Positions 39,911 through 50,819 of a stretch of DNA of 64,000 bases are shown piece after piece (positions within the stretch are counted from its first letter, which is position 1; every line of letters starts with the position of its first letter). The DNA lies in the NCBI GenBank assembly GCA_951406725.2, contig OX597842.1:5270001-5334000 (forward strand), written 5' to 3'. The notes below the pieces were generated by a model, which searched no databases, was not told the origin of the DNA, and saw nothing but the letters and a program-made list of their open reading frames with translations. The position numbers and the translations under genes are program-made. Source of the DNA: Octopus vulgaris. Taxonomy: Eukaryota.

Positions 39911-40402
39911 TAGCAATATTAAATCTACCCAGTATTTCACTGCTACATTATTTAATCAACCACTGAAGGATGAGAGGTTAAGTTAGTTTTAGTCTTTTAT
40001 TATAATTCCATTCACATCTAGGTTGTTTTACAGAAATATATCTATCTCAGTATTTCACTGCTATTTTATTTTATCAACCCCACAAGATGGAAGCTAAAGT
40101 TCACCTTGTAATATAATTCCATTCACATCTAAGATGTTTCATACTAATATTAAATCTATTCTAGTATTTCATTGGTTTTATTTTATCAATTCCACAATTA
40201 TGAAAGGTAAAATTAGTGTCAGTCTTCCATTCACGTCCAGGATGTTTGTAAAAATATTAAATCTACCCCAGTATTTCACCGCAACTTTATTTTATCAATC
40301 CCACAAGGATGAAAGCTGAAGCTGGTCTTAGTCTTCAAATATAATTCTATTTACATCTTGGGTGTTTTATTGAAATATATCTGCTGCTGTATTTCACAGT
40401 TA

Positions 40403-40924
40403 CCGTAAATCCTCGAGTATAGTCCGCCCTTGAGTATAATACGCAGGGGATTTTTTGGGGGCTGTATCTCTGAAAAACCTAAACCTTGTGTATAATGCGC
40501 ACCCCTTCTCTAACTTGAGTCGTGCGTAATTAAGCCAGCAGCACCTAGTCGAACAAACACTTCCACGCATGCGTAATACAAAAATGGTGATGTTCTTAAC
40601 TGTTATATGGGAATGTAAATATGTTTGCAAATTGTTTTTGTTACATGTTATTCTGTGTTCTGAAAACTTTTATTTTAATAACTGTTGCTTACTGCAAGTT
40701 ATGGATGATTCTTTTATGACTTCATTGCTTTCAGGCTTAGCTTAAGGTATTTTCGTGCCCAACATCACGAAATGCGTCTGAATAAACATTGCCAGACAGC
40801 AAATAGAGACTCAGACATCGCTTAGAAAATATTTTTCATTTTTAACCTTGTGTATAGTATGCACTAGGGATTTTGACATTTAAATTTTGGGGAAAAAATG
40901 CGGATTATACTCGAGGATTTATGG
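40403..40924. mobile_element. Tc2/pogo-like MITE
   Basis: TA-CCGTAAATCCTCGAGTATA...TATACTCGAGGATTTATGG-TA. Confidence 0.85.
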
Positions 40925-41555
40925 TATTTTATGTTATCAACCCAAGGAAGATGAAAGATAAATTTCATCTTAGCCATCTATTTAAATTCCATTGACATCA
41001 AAGATGTTTTATAGGGCTATTAAATCTACCTCAGTATTTCACTGCTACTTTATTTTATCAACTTCACAAAAAATGAAGGGTAAAGTTAGTATTAGTCTTC
41101 TGTAATGATTCCATCTGCATCTAGGGTGTTTTTGAAGGATATTAAATCTACCCCAGTATTTCACTGCAACTTTATTTTATCAATCCCACAAGGATAAAAG
41201 CAGAAGTTGGTCATAAGCCTCAAATATAATTCAATTTACATCTAGGATCTTAATAGGAATATTTAATCTACACCAGTACATTACTGGTACTCTATTGTAT
41301 TAGTTCTAGAAGGATCAGAGGTGAAGTTAATCATAGTTTTCTATTAGAATTCTCTTCACATCCTCTGAAGAGTGAAAGGTAAATTTCATCTTAGTCGTCT
41401 AATATAATTCCATTCATATCTAGGTTGTTTTATAAGAATATTAAATCTACCCCAGTATTTCGCTACTACCTTATTTTATCAACCTCAGATAGAGAAAAGG
41501 TAAAGTTAGTCTCCTGTTATAATCTCTTTCACATCTCAAGTGTTTTATAAGAATA

Positions 41556-41943
41556 CTAGCAGTATCGCCCGGCATTGCTCGGGTTTGTAAGGGAAATAAC
41601 TATATAAGCATTTTTAGAGATGTAAAGTATAATAGCCATCTCAATATGGCTAACCACAACGGGGGAGGGGTGTTACTGTAGCTTTTTACGTTCTGAGATT
41701 TAATAATAAATTTTTAGAGAGTTACTTCCCTTATATATGCCAAAAATGCATTAAAAATGGCAAAAATTGATGGTAAATTTTTTTTTAAATCGTAGACTCA
41801 CGCTAATACCCAGAAGGGCTCGATATGAATCACGACTATAAGATACCTGGTTTTGGTTAAACTGCACCGCAAAATGTGGGAGTAGTTAGGAATCTAAATC
41901 GTAGGAGACAGACAGCACACAACCTCACTTTTATATATAAAGA
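41556..41943 (-). mobile_element. Non-autonomous Helitron (same 3' end, different interior)
   Basis: TC/CTAG ends and a CCCG..CGGG hairpin. Inserted exactly between A and T of a tandem-repeat unit (GAATA|TTACATCT). Confidence 0.88.
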
Positions 41944-42369
41944 TTACATCTAACCCAGTATTTTACAAGCACGTTCTTTGATCAATTATAGAAGGACGAA
42001 AGATAAAGTTAAACTTAGTCTTCTATCATATATTACTGTGAAAAAGACTGTCCTGTGTGTGTGTGCGTGTGTGTGTGTGCGTGTGTGTGTGTTTAGTATG
42101 GGTGAGAGGACAAATGAAAGAAAGTAGCACTCAATGAATTTGATAGGAATTATGAAACCTGATGAGTTAGATTTGTTTGACAAGTTTGCACGGAGCTCAA
42201 TCAAACGGTTATAAAATAATATATATATGTATATGTACACTCATGTACATACATCCCGGTGTATGTGCAAATATTGTTCTGTATGAGCAAAAAGTGACAT
42301 TGTTTATGATCTACAATAAAACAATTCTAGCACTTGACTGTGTTTTGTCAATTTTTCATACCGTATTAA

Positions 42370-42498
42370 CCTTTAGCATGCTGTAGATGCATCATGACAC
42401 CGTATGAGTTTTCTCCCCTTTCAATGTGAGACAGTGTGCTTGCAGTTACAGGGGAGAAAACTCGTATGGTGTCATGATGTGCCTAAGCATGCTAGAAG
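42370..42498. mobile_element. Small TTAA-flanked hairpin MITE
   Basis: TTAA-CCTTTAGCATGC...GCATGCTAGAAG-TTAA, with ~50-bp inverted arms. Confidence 0.65.
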
Positions 42499-42719
42499 TT
42501 AAATGACAAGCAGAAAAACAAAATAAGCTTACTTGAAAATAAATAAGGGTTAGCATGGCCGCAGTCAAATGACTGAAACAAGTAAAAGAGAGAAAAGAGA
42601 CCAATAGACTAAGTAATAGGCTTACAAAGAATAAGTCCTGGGGTCGATTTGCTCGATTAAAGGCGGTGCTGCAGCATGGCCGCAGTCAAATGACTGAAAC
42701 AAGTAAAAGAGTATGTCAA

Positions 42720-44510
42720 CATGTAATTCTCACTTGTAAAACTTCTGAAACAGGCAGAGAATTTCGAAGGATTGTTTTGGTTCAATGGTTGAAAGCCTGT
42801 CAAGTGTACAGGAGATGGGGGTTCAAATCTCACAGGTAATCTTTAACCCCTTTTCAATCCAAAAGGGCTTTTCAGCTCAATATTTTTATGCTATAAGGCA
42901 GCAAGCTGGCAGAATCGTTAGCACAGTGGAAAATGCTTAGCGGTATTTCATCTGTCATGTTCTGCTAAGGTTGACTTTGTCTTCCATCCTTTGAAGGTCA
43001 ATAAAATAACTACCAATTGAGCACTGAGGCTGATGTAATCGACTTAACCCCCTCCCCCCGAAATTTCCGGCCTTGTGCCAAAATTCGAAGCCATTATTTA
43101 AGGCAGTGAGCTAGCACATCAGACAAAATCTTTAGCAGTATTTTGTCTATTTTTATGTTCAGAGTTCAAATTCCACTGAGGTCAACTTTGCCTTTCAACC
43201 TTTCAGGGTCGATAAAATAAGTACTGGTTGAGTACTGGGGTTGATGTAATCAACTTACCCCTCCCTCCGAAATTGCTGGCCTTGTGCCAAAATTTGAAAT
43301 CAATGTTTATATGCTATCATGTATAGCTTTATCTGCTTCCAGCTTCAATGTTACAAAAATAAAAATTATTCCACTTAGGAGTGGCTGTGGTAAGTAGCTT
43401 GTTTACCAACTACATGGTTCCAGGTTCAGTCCCACTGCATGGCACCTTGGCCAAGTGTCTTCTACTATAGCCTTGCGAGTGGATTTGGTAGACGGAAACT
43501 GAAAGAAGCCCGTTGTATATATATGTTTGTCCCCTCAACATCGCTTGACAACCGATGCTGGTGTGTTTATGTCCCCGTAACTTAGCGGTTTGCCAAGAGA
43601 TCGATAGAATAAGTACTAGGCTAACAAAGAATAAGTCCTGGGGTCAATTTGCTCGACTAAAGGTGGTGCTCCAGCATGGCCACAGTCAAATGACTGAAAC
43701 AAGTAAAAGAGTCATTCCTTCAAAATTTATAAAATTTCTTATGGTGTCAACTACATACAATGGTAAAACGCTTGTCAGGTCTACTGGAGTTTGGGTTCGA
43801 ATCCCATAGGTCCCCAGGGATTTTCAGTCCAGTTTTTAAATACCTATTATTTAAGGCACCAAGATGGCAGAATCATTAACACACTGGGAAAAATGCTTAG
43901 CAGTATTTCATCTGTTCTCATGTTCTGAGTTCAAATTCTGCCAAGGTAGACTTTGCCTTTTATCCTTTCAGGGTCGATAAAATAAGTACCAGTTGAGAAC
44001 TGGGGTTGATGTAATCAACTTACTTCCTCCTCGAAAATTGCAGGCCTTGTGCCAAAATTTGAATTCAATATTTATATGCTATTATATATAGCTTTATCTG
44101 CTTCCAGCTTCACTGTTACAAAAAAGAGTTATTCCACATTCTCTCAAAATGTTATAACATTTCTTATGATATAAAGAACCAGCAATTCTCGCTTATAAGA
44201 ACAAAGTTCCTAAAATGGTAAGAGAACTTTGAAGGATTGCTTTGGTACGATGGTAGAAAGCCTGTCATGTCTACAGGAGATATGGGTTCAAATTCTACAG
44301 GCAGCCTTTACAATGCTATTATTTACAGCTTTACATTTCCTTTAAACGTGACTGTTCCAAAAATGATTTCACATTCTTGAAGTTTCTAAATTCTTAGGAC
44401 ATTATCAACATACAATTTTCGCTGGTGAAGATAAAGTCTCTAAAACGAACAGAGAAAATCAAAGGATTCATTTAATCCAATGGTAAAATGCTTGTCAAGT
44501 CTAAAGGATT
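42720..44510 (+). repeat. Local tandem duplication carrying 3-4 degenerate tRNA-like units
   Basis: GGATTG..TGGT..CCTGT-7nt-ACAGG..GGGTTCAAAT at about 42769 and 44234; diverged copies at about 43755 and 44464. Confidence 0.6.
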
Positions 44511-44690
44511 AGTGCCAAAATTTGAAACCATTATTAACCCTTTCATTACTATATTTTTTGAGATGCTCTGTTTTTCTTTGTGACAAAATTTAAGCCATTA
44601 TTTACAGCCTAATATATTGTCCCTAAACAAACTGGATTTTGTCTAGAAATCAACCCTGCTTAATAACTTATAGAGGAGTTTTTCTGGATG

Positions 44691-45168
44691 CAGTTCTATA
44701 TTTAAGAGATGAGGAATTATGTACATTATTTACATTTGACGGATATCTGTCCTCATCTTTTTGTTATTAATACATTTCGGCTGATATACCCTCCAGCCTT
44801 CTTCAGGTGTCCTGGGGAAATCTTGAACCTGGGTTCTCATTCCTAAGGTATTTTTTGATATTATTATTGTTCATGTCACTGCTTGGAATCGAACTCGGAA
44901 TTTTGGGGTTAGTAGCCTATCTTGGGGTTAGGGCATATGGCTTAGTGGTTAAGAGCACGGGCTACTAACCCCAAGATTCCGAGTTCGATTCCAAGCAGTG
45001 ACTTGAGCAATAACAACAATAATAATAATAACATTGAAAAATACCTTAGGAATGAGAACTCAGGTTTGAAATTACCCCCAAGACACCTGAAGAAGGCTGG
45101 AGGGTATATCAGCCGAAATGCTGGGTTAACAACAAACAAGATGAGGACAAAAATCTGTCAAATGTAAA
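44691..45168. mobile_element. Second copy of the tRNA-head/hammerhead palindromic element
   Basis: Same inverted arms; GACAC-CTGAAGA-a-GGCTG..CAGCC-GAAA at about 45082-45118; terminus CAGTTCTATATTTAAGAGATGAGG. Confidence 0.8.
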
Positions 45169-45753
45169 TGATGAACAGTCTGGATGCTTACCGAAAACCT
45201 GGAATCCAAGTTAGATGGAACTTACACCCAGATGTTCAGAGTAGTATGAAACATATCTTGGAGAATTCACCTCTTCAAGAAACAGCTGTAAAGAGATGTC
45301 TGTTCCTACCATTAAAGGGAAAATCGCTTGCACTTTGCAGGACATTGGTGGCAAGTGACCAATTGCTTTGAATGCTAAAGCATGGATGTACTTGATCAGG
45401 TTGTCTAAACACAACATATATGCGTCGGCTGCGGGGTCATTCCGAAAAGCTCTATCTGCGACGATTTCATCTCAATCGGAGAGGTGATTTCTCCGTCCGG
45501 GTTGCGGATCCGTGGAATAAGCTGCCGGAAGAGATAGTGAAGATGGCCTGAACTCTTTACATGAACACCACCCTGTACATAACTCCATGTCCCCCTACAT
45601 GGCCTTGCTTTTTGAGCCAAAAAATTAACTTACTAACAAGATCTCAGCAGAGAGACTAGATGCCTTGCCAAAGACCTCTCTCAACAAATTCAGGACCAAG
45701 ATGGATGGCATGTGTGGGTTAATGTCCGAGTAAGCTCAACTAGATGGTGATAA

Positions 45754-45799
<46 letters not shown>

Positions 45800-46219
45800 T
45801 GTGGATGTTGATTTTAACAGCCTGAGTTTCATCTTCCCTGCTGTGCCTCATGTCTTCCTGGGTTTCCCTCTTCCAGGAGTTCCATCCACCTTAAACAAAC
45901 GACACTTCTTTAACCAGCTATCCACATCCATATGCATCACATCAGCCCATCTTCTCTCTTGCATACACGATGTCTCTTATATCCAATTTTTCTACCAACA
46001 AATTTCCACTTTGTCACACATGTACACTGACATTACACATCCAGTGGCAAATGCTGGCTCTGTTTCTTTCAAACCTTCACAGCCAACATTTCACTCCTAT
46101 GTTTTTACACACACATATATATTTATATATATGAATATATACATATATATACACATATTCATATATATAGTGTATGTATATAAGTTTTTACACACACACA
46201 TATATATATAGGAATATGC

Positions 46220-47225
46220 CATTCGCCAGCCTCATCTGGCACCTGGCACATAAAAACACCATCCGAAGACCCGGCAAGACTAGTCAGGCCATAACCCGTG
46301 GCCCCTACCTGGGACGTAGTCAGTCCACCTGTGCATACCTTCCTTCCTTCTTGTGACACTTGTGAAGACCTTTTGAGGCAAGTGAAAATCAAAACAAATC
46401 AAAATAGATGAACATCAATGGAATTTGTATCTTTGTGGTACCAGTGCCGGTGGCACACAAGAAAACTATCCGAACGTGGCCGTAGCCAGTACCGCATCGA
46501 CTGGCCTCCGTGCTGTGGGCAAGTAACAAACACCATCCGATCGTGGCCGTTTCGCCAGCCTCATCTGGCACCTGTGTCGGTGGCACATAAAAACACCATC
46601 CGAAGACCCGGCAAGACTAGTCAGGCCATAACCCGTGGCCCCTACCTGGGACGTAGTCAGTCCACCTGTGCATACCTTCCTTCTTGTGACACTTGTGAAG
46701 ACCTGTTGAGGCAAGTGAAAATCAATCAAACCAAATCAAAATAGATGAACATCAATGGAATTTGTATCTTTGTGGTACCAGTGCCGGTGGCACACAAGAA
46801 AACCATCCGAACGTGGCCGTAGCCAGTACCGCATCGACTGGCCTCCGTGCTGCGGGCACGTAACAAACACCATCCGATCGGGGCCGTTCGCCAGCCTCAT
46901 CTGGCACCTGTGTCGGTGGCACATAAAAACACCATCCGAGCGTGGCCGTCTGCCAGCCTCATCTGGCACCTGTGTCGGTGGCACATAAAAAACACCATCC
47001 GAGTGTGGCCGTTCGCCAGCCTCGTCTGGCACCTGTGTCGGTGGAACATAAAATCACCCACTACACTCTCGGAGTGGTTGGCGTTAGGAAGGGCATCCAG
47101 CTGTAGAAACACTGCCAGATCTGACTGGCCTGGTGCAGCCTTCGGGCTCCCCAGACCCCAGTTGAACCGTCCAACCCATGCTAGCATGGAAAACGGACGC
47201 TAAATGAATGATGATGATGATGATG
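46220..47225 (+). mobile_element. Repeat family D (GTGCC..GGCAC hairpin units, GGAAGGGCATCCAGC tail, GAT end) with internal tandem duplications
   Basis: Relatives at 96-340, 3440-3790(-), 17850-18085(-), 31915-32055 and 54720-54860(-). Confidence 0.8.
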
Positions 47226-48199
47226 ATATACACACATTTATATAGTATGTATATGTTTTTACACACATATAGGTGTATGTACATATATATAGTGTATGTA
47301 TATATGTTTTTACACACATATATATATATATGAATATATACATATATATATATAGTGTATGTATATATAGTTTTACACACATATATATGTATGTACCAGT
47401 GCTCTTTGTATACAAGCATCATACAATCTGCCTTCTTTTTACTCTGAGGCAGACCTTCCGTTACCAACAAACTTAAAAACTCTCTCAACTTTCTCTCCCC
47501 AGTTCTGATTCTAGCAACTATGCTTTCAGAACATCCACCTCCTCTGCTAATTAGGTCTTCTACAATCTTAAGGGAGCCTTCTGGATATTTGAGAAAATCT
47601 ATTTCCTATATCTTCTTAGAATTTATTACTCCTGTGTGAAGGTGTGGGTTAGTAGTTAGGGTATTCAGCTCACGATAAGGTTGTGAGTTTAATTCCCAGG
47701 TTCACGCAGTGTCCTTGAGTAAGACACATTATTTCACTCCAGTCCACTCACCTGGCAGAAACGTTAGCACGCTGAGCGAAATGTTTAGCAGTATTTCGTC
47801 TGCCGTAACGTTCTGAGTTCAAATTCCACTGATGTCAACTTTGCCTTTCAACCTTTTGGGGTCGATAAATTAAGTACCAGCTATGCACTGGGGTCAATCT
47901 AATTGACTTAATCTCTTTGTCTGACCTTGTTTGTCCCCTCTGTGTGTAGCCCCTTGTGGGTAATAAATAAGAAATGAGTTGAATCTGTAATGCAAAGAGC
48001 CAGCCTTGTCACATTCTGTGTCCCACTGAATCTCCTTGAGAACTAAGTTAAGGGTATGCATGTCTGTGGAATACTCAGCCACTTGCATGTTAATTTCACA
48101 AGCAGACTGTTCTGATGATCAAATCAACTGGAACCCCTATCATCATAACTGACAGAGTCCCAGTTTTGTTTTATTTAATTTACTTTTTATTATTACTCC

Positions 48200-49140
48200 T
48201 ACTTTCCCTGGTGAACTCCAACTTGTATGCTAAATTCATCATTGTATTCAAGGCTCTCACCTCAGTGACAGCACCACTCTACATGACTAGTACAGCTCTA
48301 ACAAGCCACACCTCTACCTCTAGCTTCCTTAGAGACCACCAGATGAGAGAGCAGAGAACCCTGTTGAAAGCTTTCTCCAGATTGACAAAAGCTAAATACA
48401 ATGGTTTACTTTTGGCCAAATGTGGAAGCGCGTGGCTTAGTGGTTAGGGCGTCAGCACCATGATCGTAAGATTGTGGTTTTGATTCCTAGACCGGGTGAC
48501 ACATTGTGTTCTTGAACAAATCACTTCATTTCACGTTGCTCCAGTCCACTCAGCTGGCAAAAATGAGTAACGCTGTGATGGACTGGCATCCCATCCAGCT
48601 GGGGAACACATACGCTATAGAAAACCGGACCCACGAGCCTGGCTAGGCTTTAAAAGGGTACATTTATTATTTTTTAAAAAACTTTTGGCCAAATACTTTT
48701 CTTGCAACTGTCTCACTAACAAGATGGTGAGCTGTGGTATTTCTCCCAGGAAGGTGTCATGCTGGCAGAATCGTTAGCACGCCGGGCGAAATACTTAGTG
48801 GTATTTTGTCTGCCTTTACGTTCTGAGTTCAAATTCCGAGGTCAACTTTGCCTTTCATCCTTTCGGGGTCGATATAATCGACTTAATCCGTTTGTCTGTC
48901 CTCTCTGTGTTTAGCCCCTAGTGGGCAGTAAAGAAATAGGTATTTCTCCCAGGAATAAAACCAAACTGCATCTCATCTAGTTTATTTCTATACTTAACCA
49001 ATTAAGCTATAACCCTCTCAGTAACTTTCCTGACCCGGTCCACCAGTTTAATATACCTCTGTAAGTGTTTCTATTGAAGACATCTCCTTTACCCTTGGAG
49101 CAGCTAACTATAATACTACTACACCAGTCTTTGAGATGAC
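48200..49140 (-). mobile_element. RTE LINE RT remnant interrupted by SINEs
   Basis: AFVNLEKAFNRV and QFGFIPG remnants. Confidence 0.7.
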
Positions 49141-49904
49141 ATTGTAGTGACGCCATCTTGGAAATCTCCAGCATGCATGCACAGGGTTGGAATCTTCTGG
49201 AAGTTCCCTCATGCAGGAGTGGCTGTGTGGTAAGTAGCTTGTTTACCAACCACATGGTTCCGGGTTCAGTCCTACTGTGTGGCATCTTGGGCAAGTGTCT
49301 TCTGCTATAGCCCCGGGCCGACCAATGCCTTGTGAGTGGATTTGGTTGATGGAAACTGAAAGAAGCCCGTCACTTATGTATATATGTATTATATATATAT
49401 ACATGCACAAGGAGTGGCTGTGTAGTAAGTAGCTTGCTAACCAACCTCATGGTTCCGGGTTCAGTCCCACCGCATGGCACCTTGGGCAAGTGTCTTCTAC
49501 TATAGCCTTGTGAGCGGATTTGGTAGACGGAAACTGAAAGAAGCCTGTCGAATATATATATATATATATATGTATGTATGTGCGTGTGTTTGTCCCCCTA
49601 GCATTGCTTGACAACTGATGCTGGTGTGTTTACGTCCCCGTCACTTAGCGGTTCGGCAAAAGAGACCGATAGAATGAGTACTGGGCTTACAAAGAATAAG
49701 TCCTGGGGTCGATTTGCTCGACTAAAGGCGGTGCTCCAGCATGGCCGCAGTGAAATGACTGAAACAAGTAAAAGAGAGAGTAAGAGTATGCACATGTACA
49801 GAAAACTAGCAGCAGTGAAATTCTCCTGTATCTTTCTCTTGGATGCTAGCAGCTGAACAATACAGACATGTCTCCAGTAGCTCTCTTGAGCTGCTACCTC
49901 ATGG

Positions 49905-50157
49905 CACATCTCCGCTATGCTTGAGCGGTCAGGATTGACTCACTCCACTTGACTACTGCAATAAGCTCCTAGGCTGCCGATTCGCCCAGAGGAAGGAAAT
50001 ATTTATATTGCGAATCAAAGAATAAATATTTATACTGTTGAAGTTAACGGAAAATCTTGACTCTTTCATCGATTAATATTTGATGTAAAGGATACGAGCA
50101 GCACCCTTCTAATGCAGGAATCTCTCATCCTATTACAATTGGTGACCTCGACGTGAT
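49905..50157 (+). mobile_element. Partial LTR (Gypsy-like) plus tRNA-Trp primer-binding site
   Basis: AATAAA near 50020; end ...CCTATTACA; 2-nt spacer; then TGGTGACCTCGACGTGAT, the classic Trp PBS. The 5' TG end was not found. Confidence 0.55.
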
Positions 50158-50213
50158 CTGAACATGCAGCCTTCTGATCTGGAGTCAGAGCACTACCGTT
50201 GCGTCACAGGGCC
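50140..50213 (-). pseudogene. tRNA-Trp(CCA) copy with templated 3' CCA, degenerate
   Basis: Reverse complement GGCCCTGTGACGCAACGGTAGTGC-TCTGACTCCAGATCAGAAGGCTGCATGTTCAGATCACGTCGAGGTCA-CCA matches eukaryotic tRNA-Trp. Mismatches in the D arm, T loop and acceptor stem. Confidence 0.85.
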
Positions 50214-50819
50214 TGTGCTGTCGGCACCGTTCCTAAATAACTGGGATTGATGAGGTTGTATCCCACACCACCGTATATTTTAATCGTCTTGGCAATGGTC
50301 CAGGGGCTTTCCCTGTCTTCATATCCTTAAATGCCTCATCTCTTATACTATCAACTCTGATGGCTGGACCCTCAATTGGTCCGATATTTGAACGACTCTC
50401 CTTCACCCATTCAATAACCTTTCTCCATGCATCTCATACATACATACACACATATATATATATATTAGGCACAATGGCCCAGTGGTTAGGGCAGCTGTAT
50501 GATCATGGTTTCGATTCCAAAACCGGGCGTTGTGTGTGTTTATTGAGCAAAAAACACCTAAAAGCTCCGCGAGGCTCCGGCAGGGGGTGGTGGCGATCCC
50601 TGCTGTACTCTTTCGCCCCAACTTTCTTCTGTTGGCCTGCTTGCTTAGCCAGTGGGGTGGCGTCATTTCAAGGCTAAAAGAATCTGAAACTGCTGGAGCA
50701 GTGCTGTTAGCTTTACTACACTTTCCCTAAACCTCCTCCAGTGTGTGGCAGTAGGTGAATGGGGTTGTTTGGTGTTGCTACCCCAGTTTGTCTCATTTGT
50801 TTCTCCCCTTGAGGTAGGT

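Larger units (their letters stand above)
39230..42020 (+). repeat. Degenerate ~120-bp tandem array derived from an antisense SINE-B segment
   Basis: Repeated TAAATCTACCCCAGTATTTCACTG..TTTATCAACCC..GATGAAAG..ATAATTCCATTCACATCTAGG, interrupted by an RTE, a MITE and a Helitron. Confidence 0.8.

Noticed and set aside
45275-45297. GAAACAGCTGTA as a hammerhead half
   Set aside because: No upstream CUGANGA; it lies in a LINE remnant reading LFKKQL.
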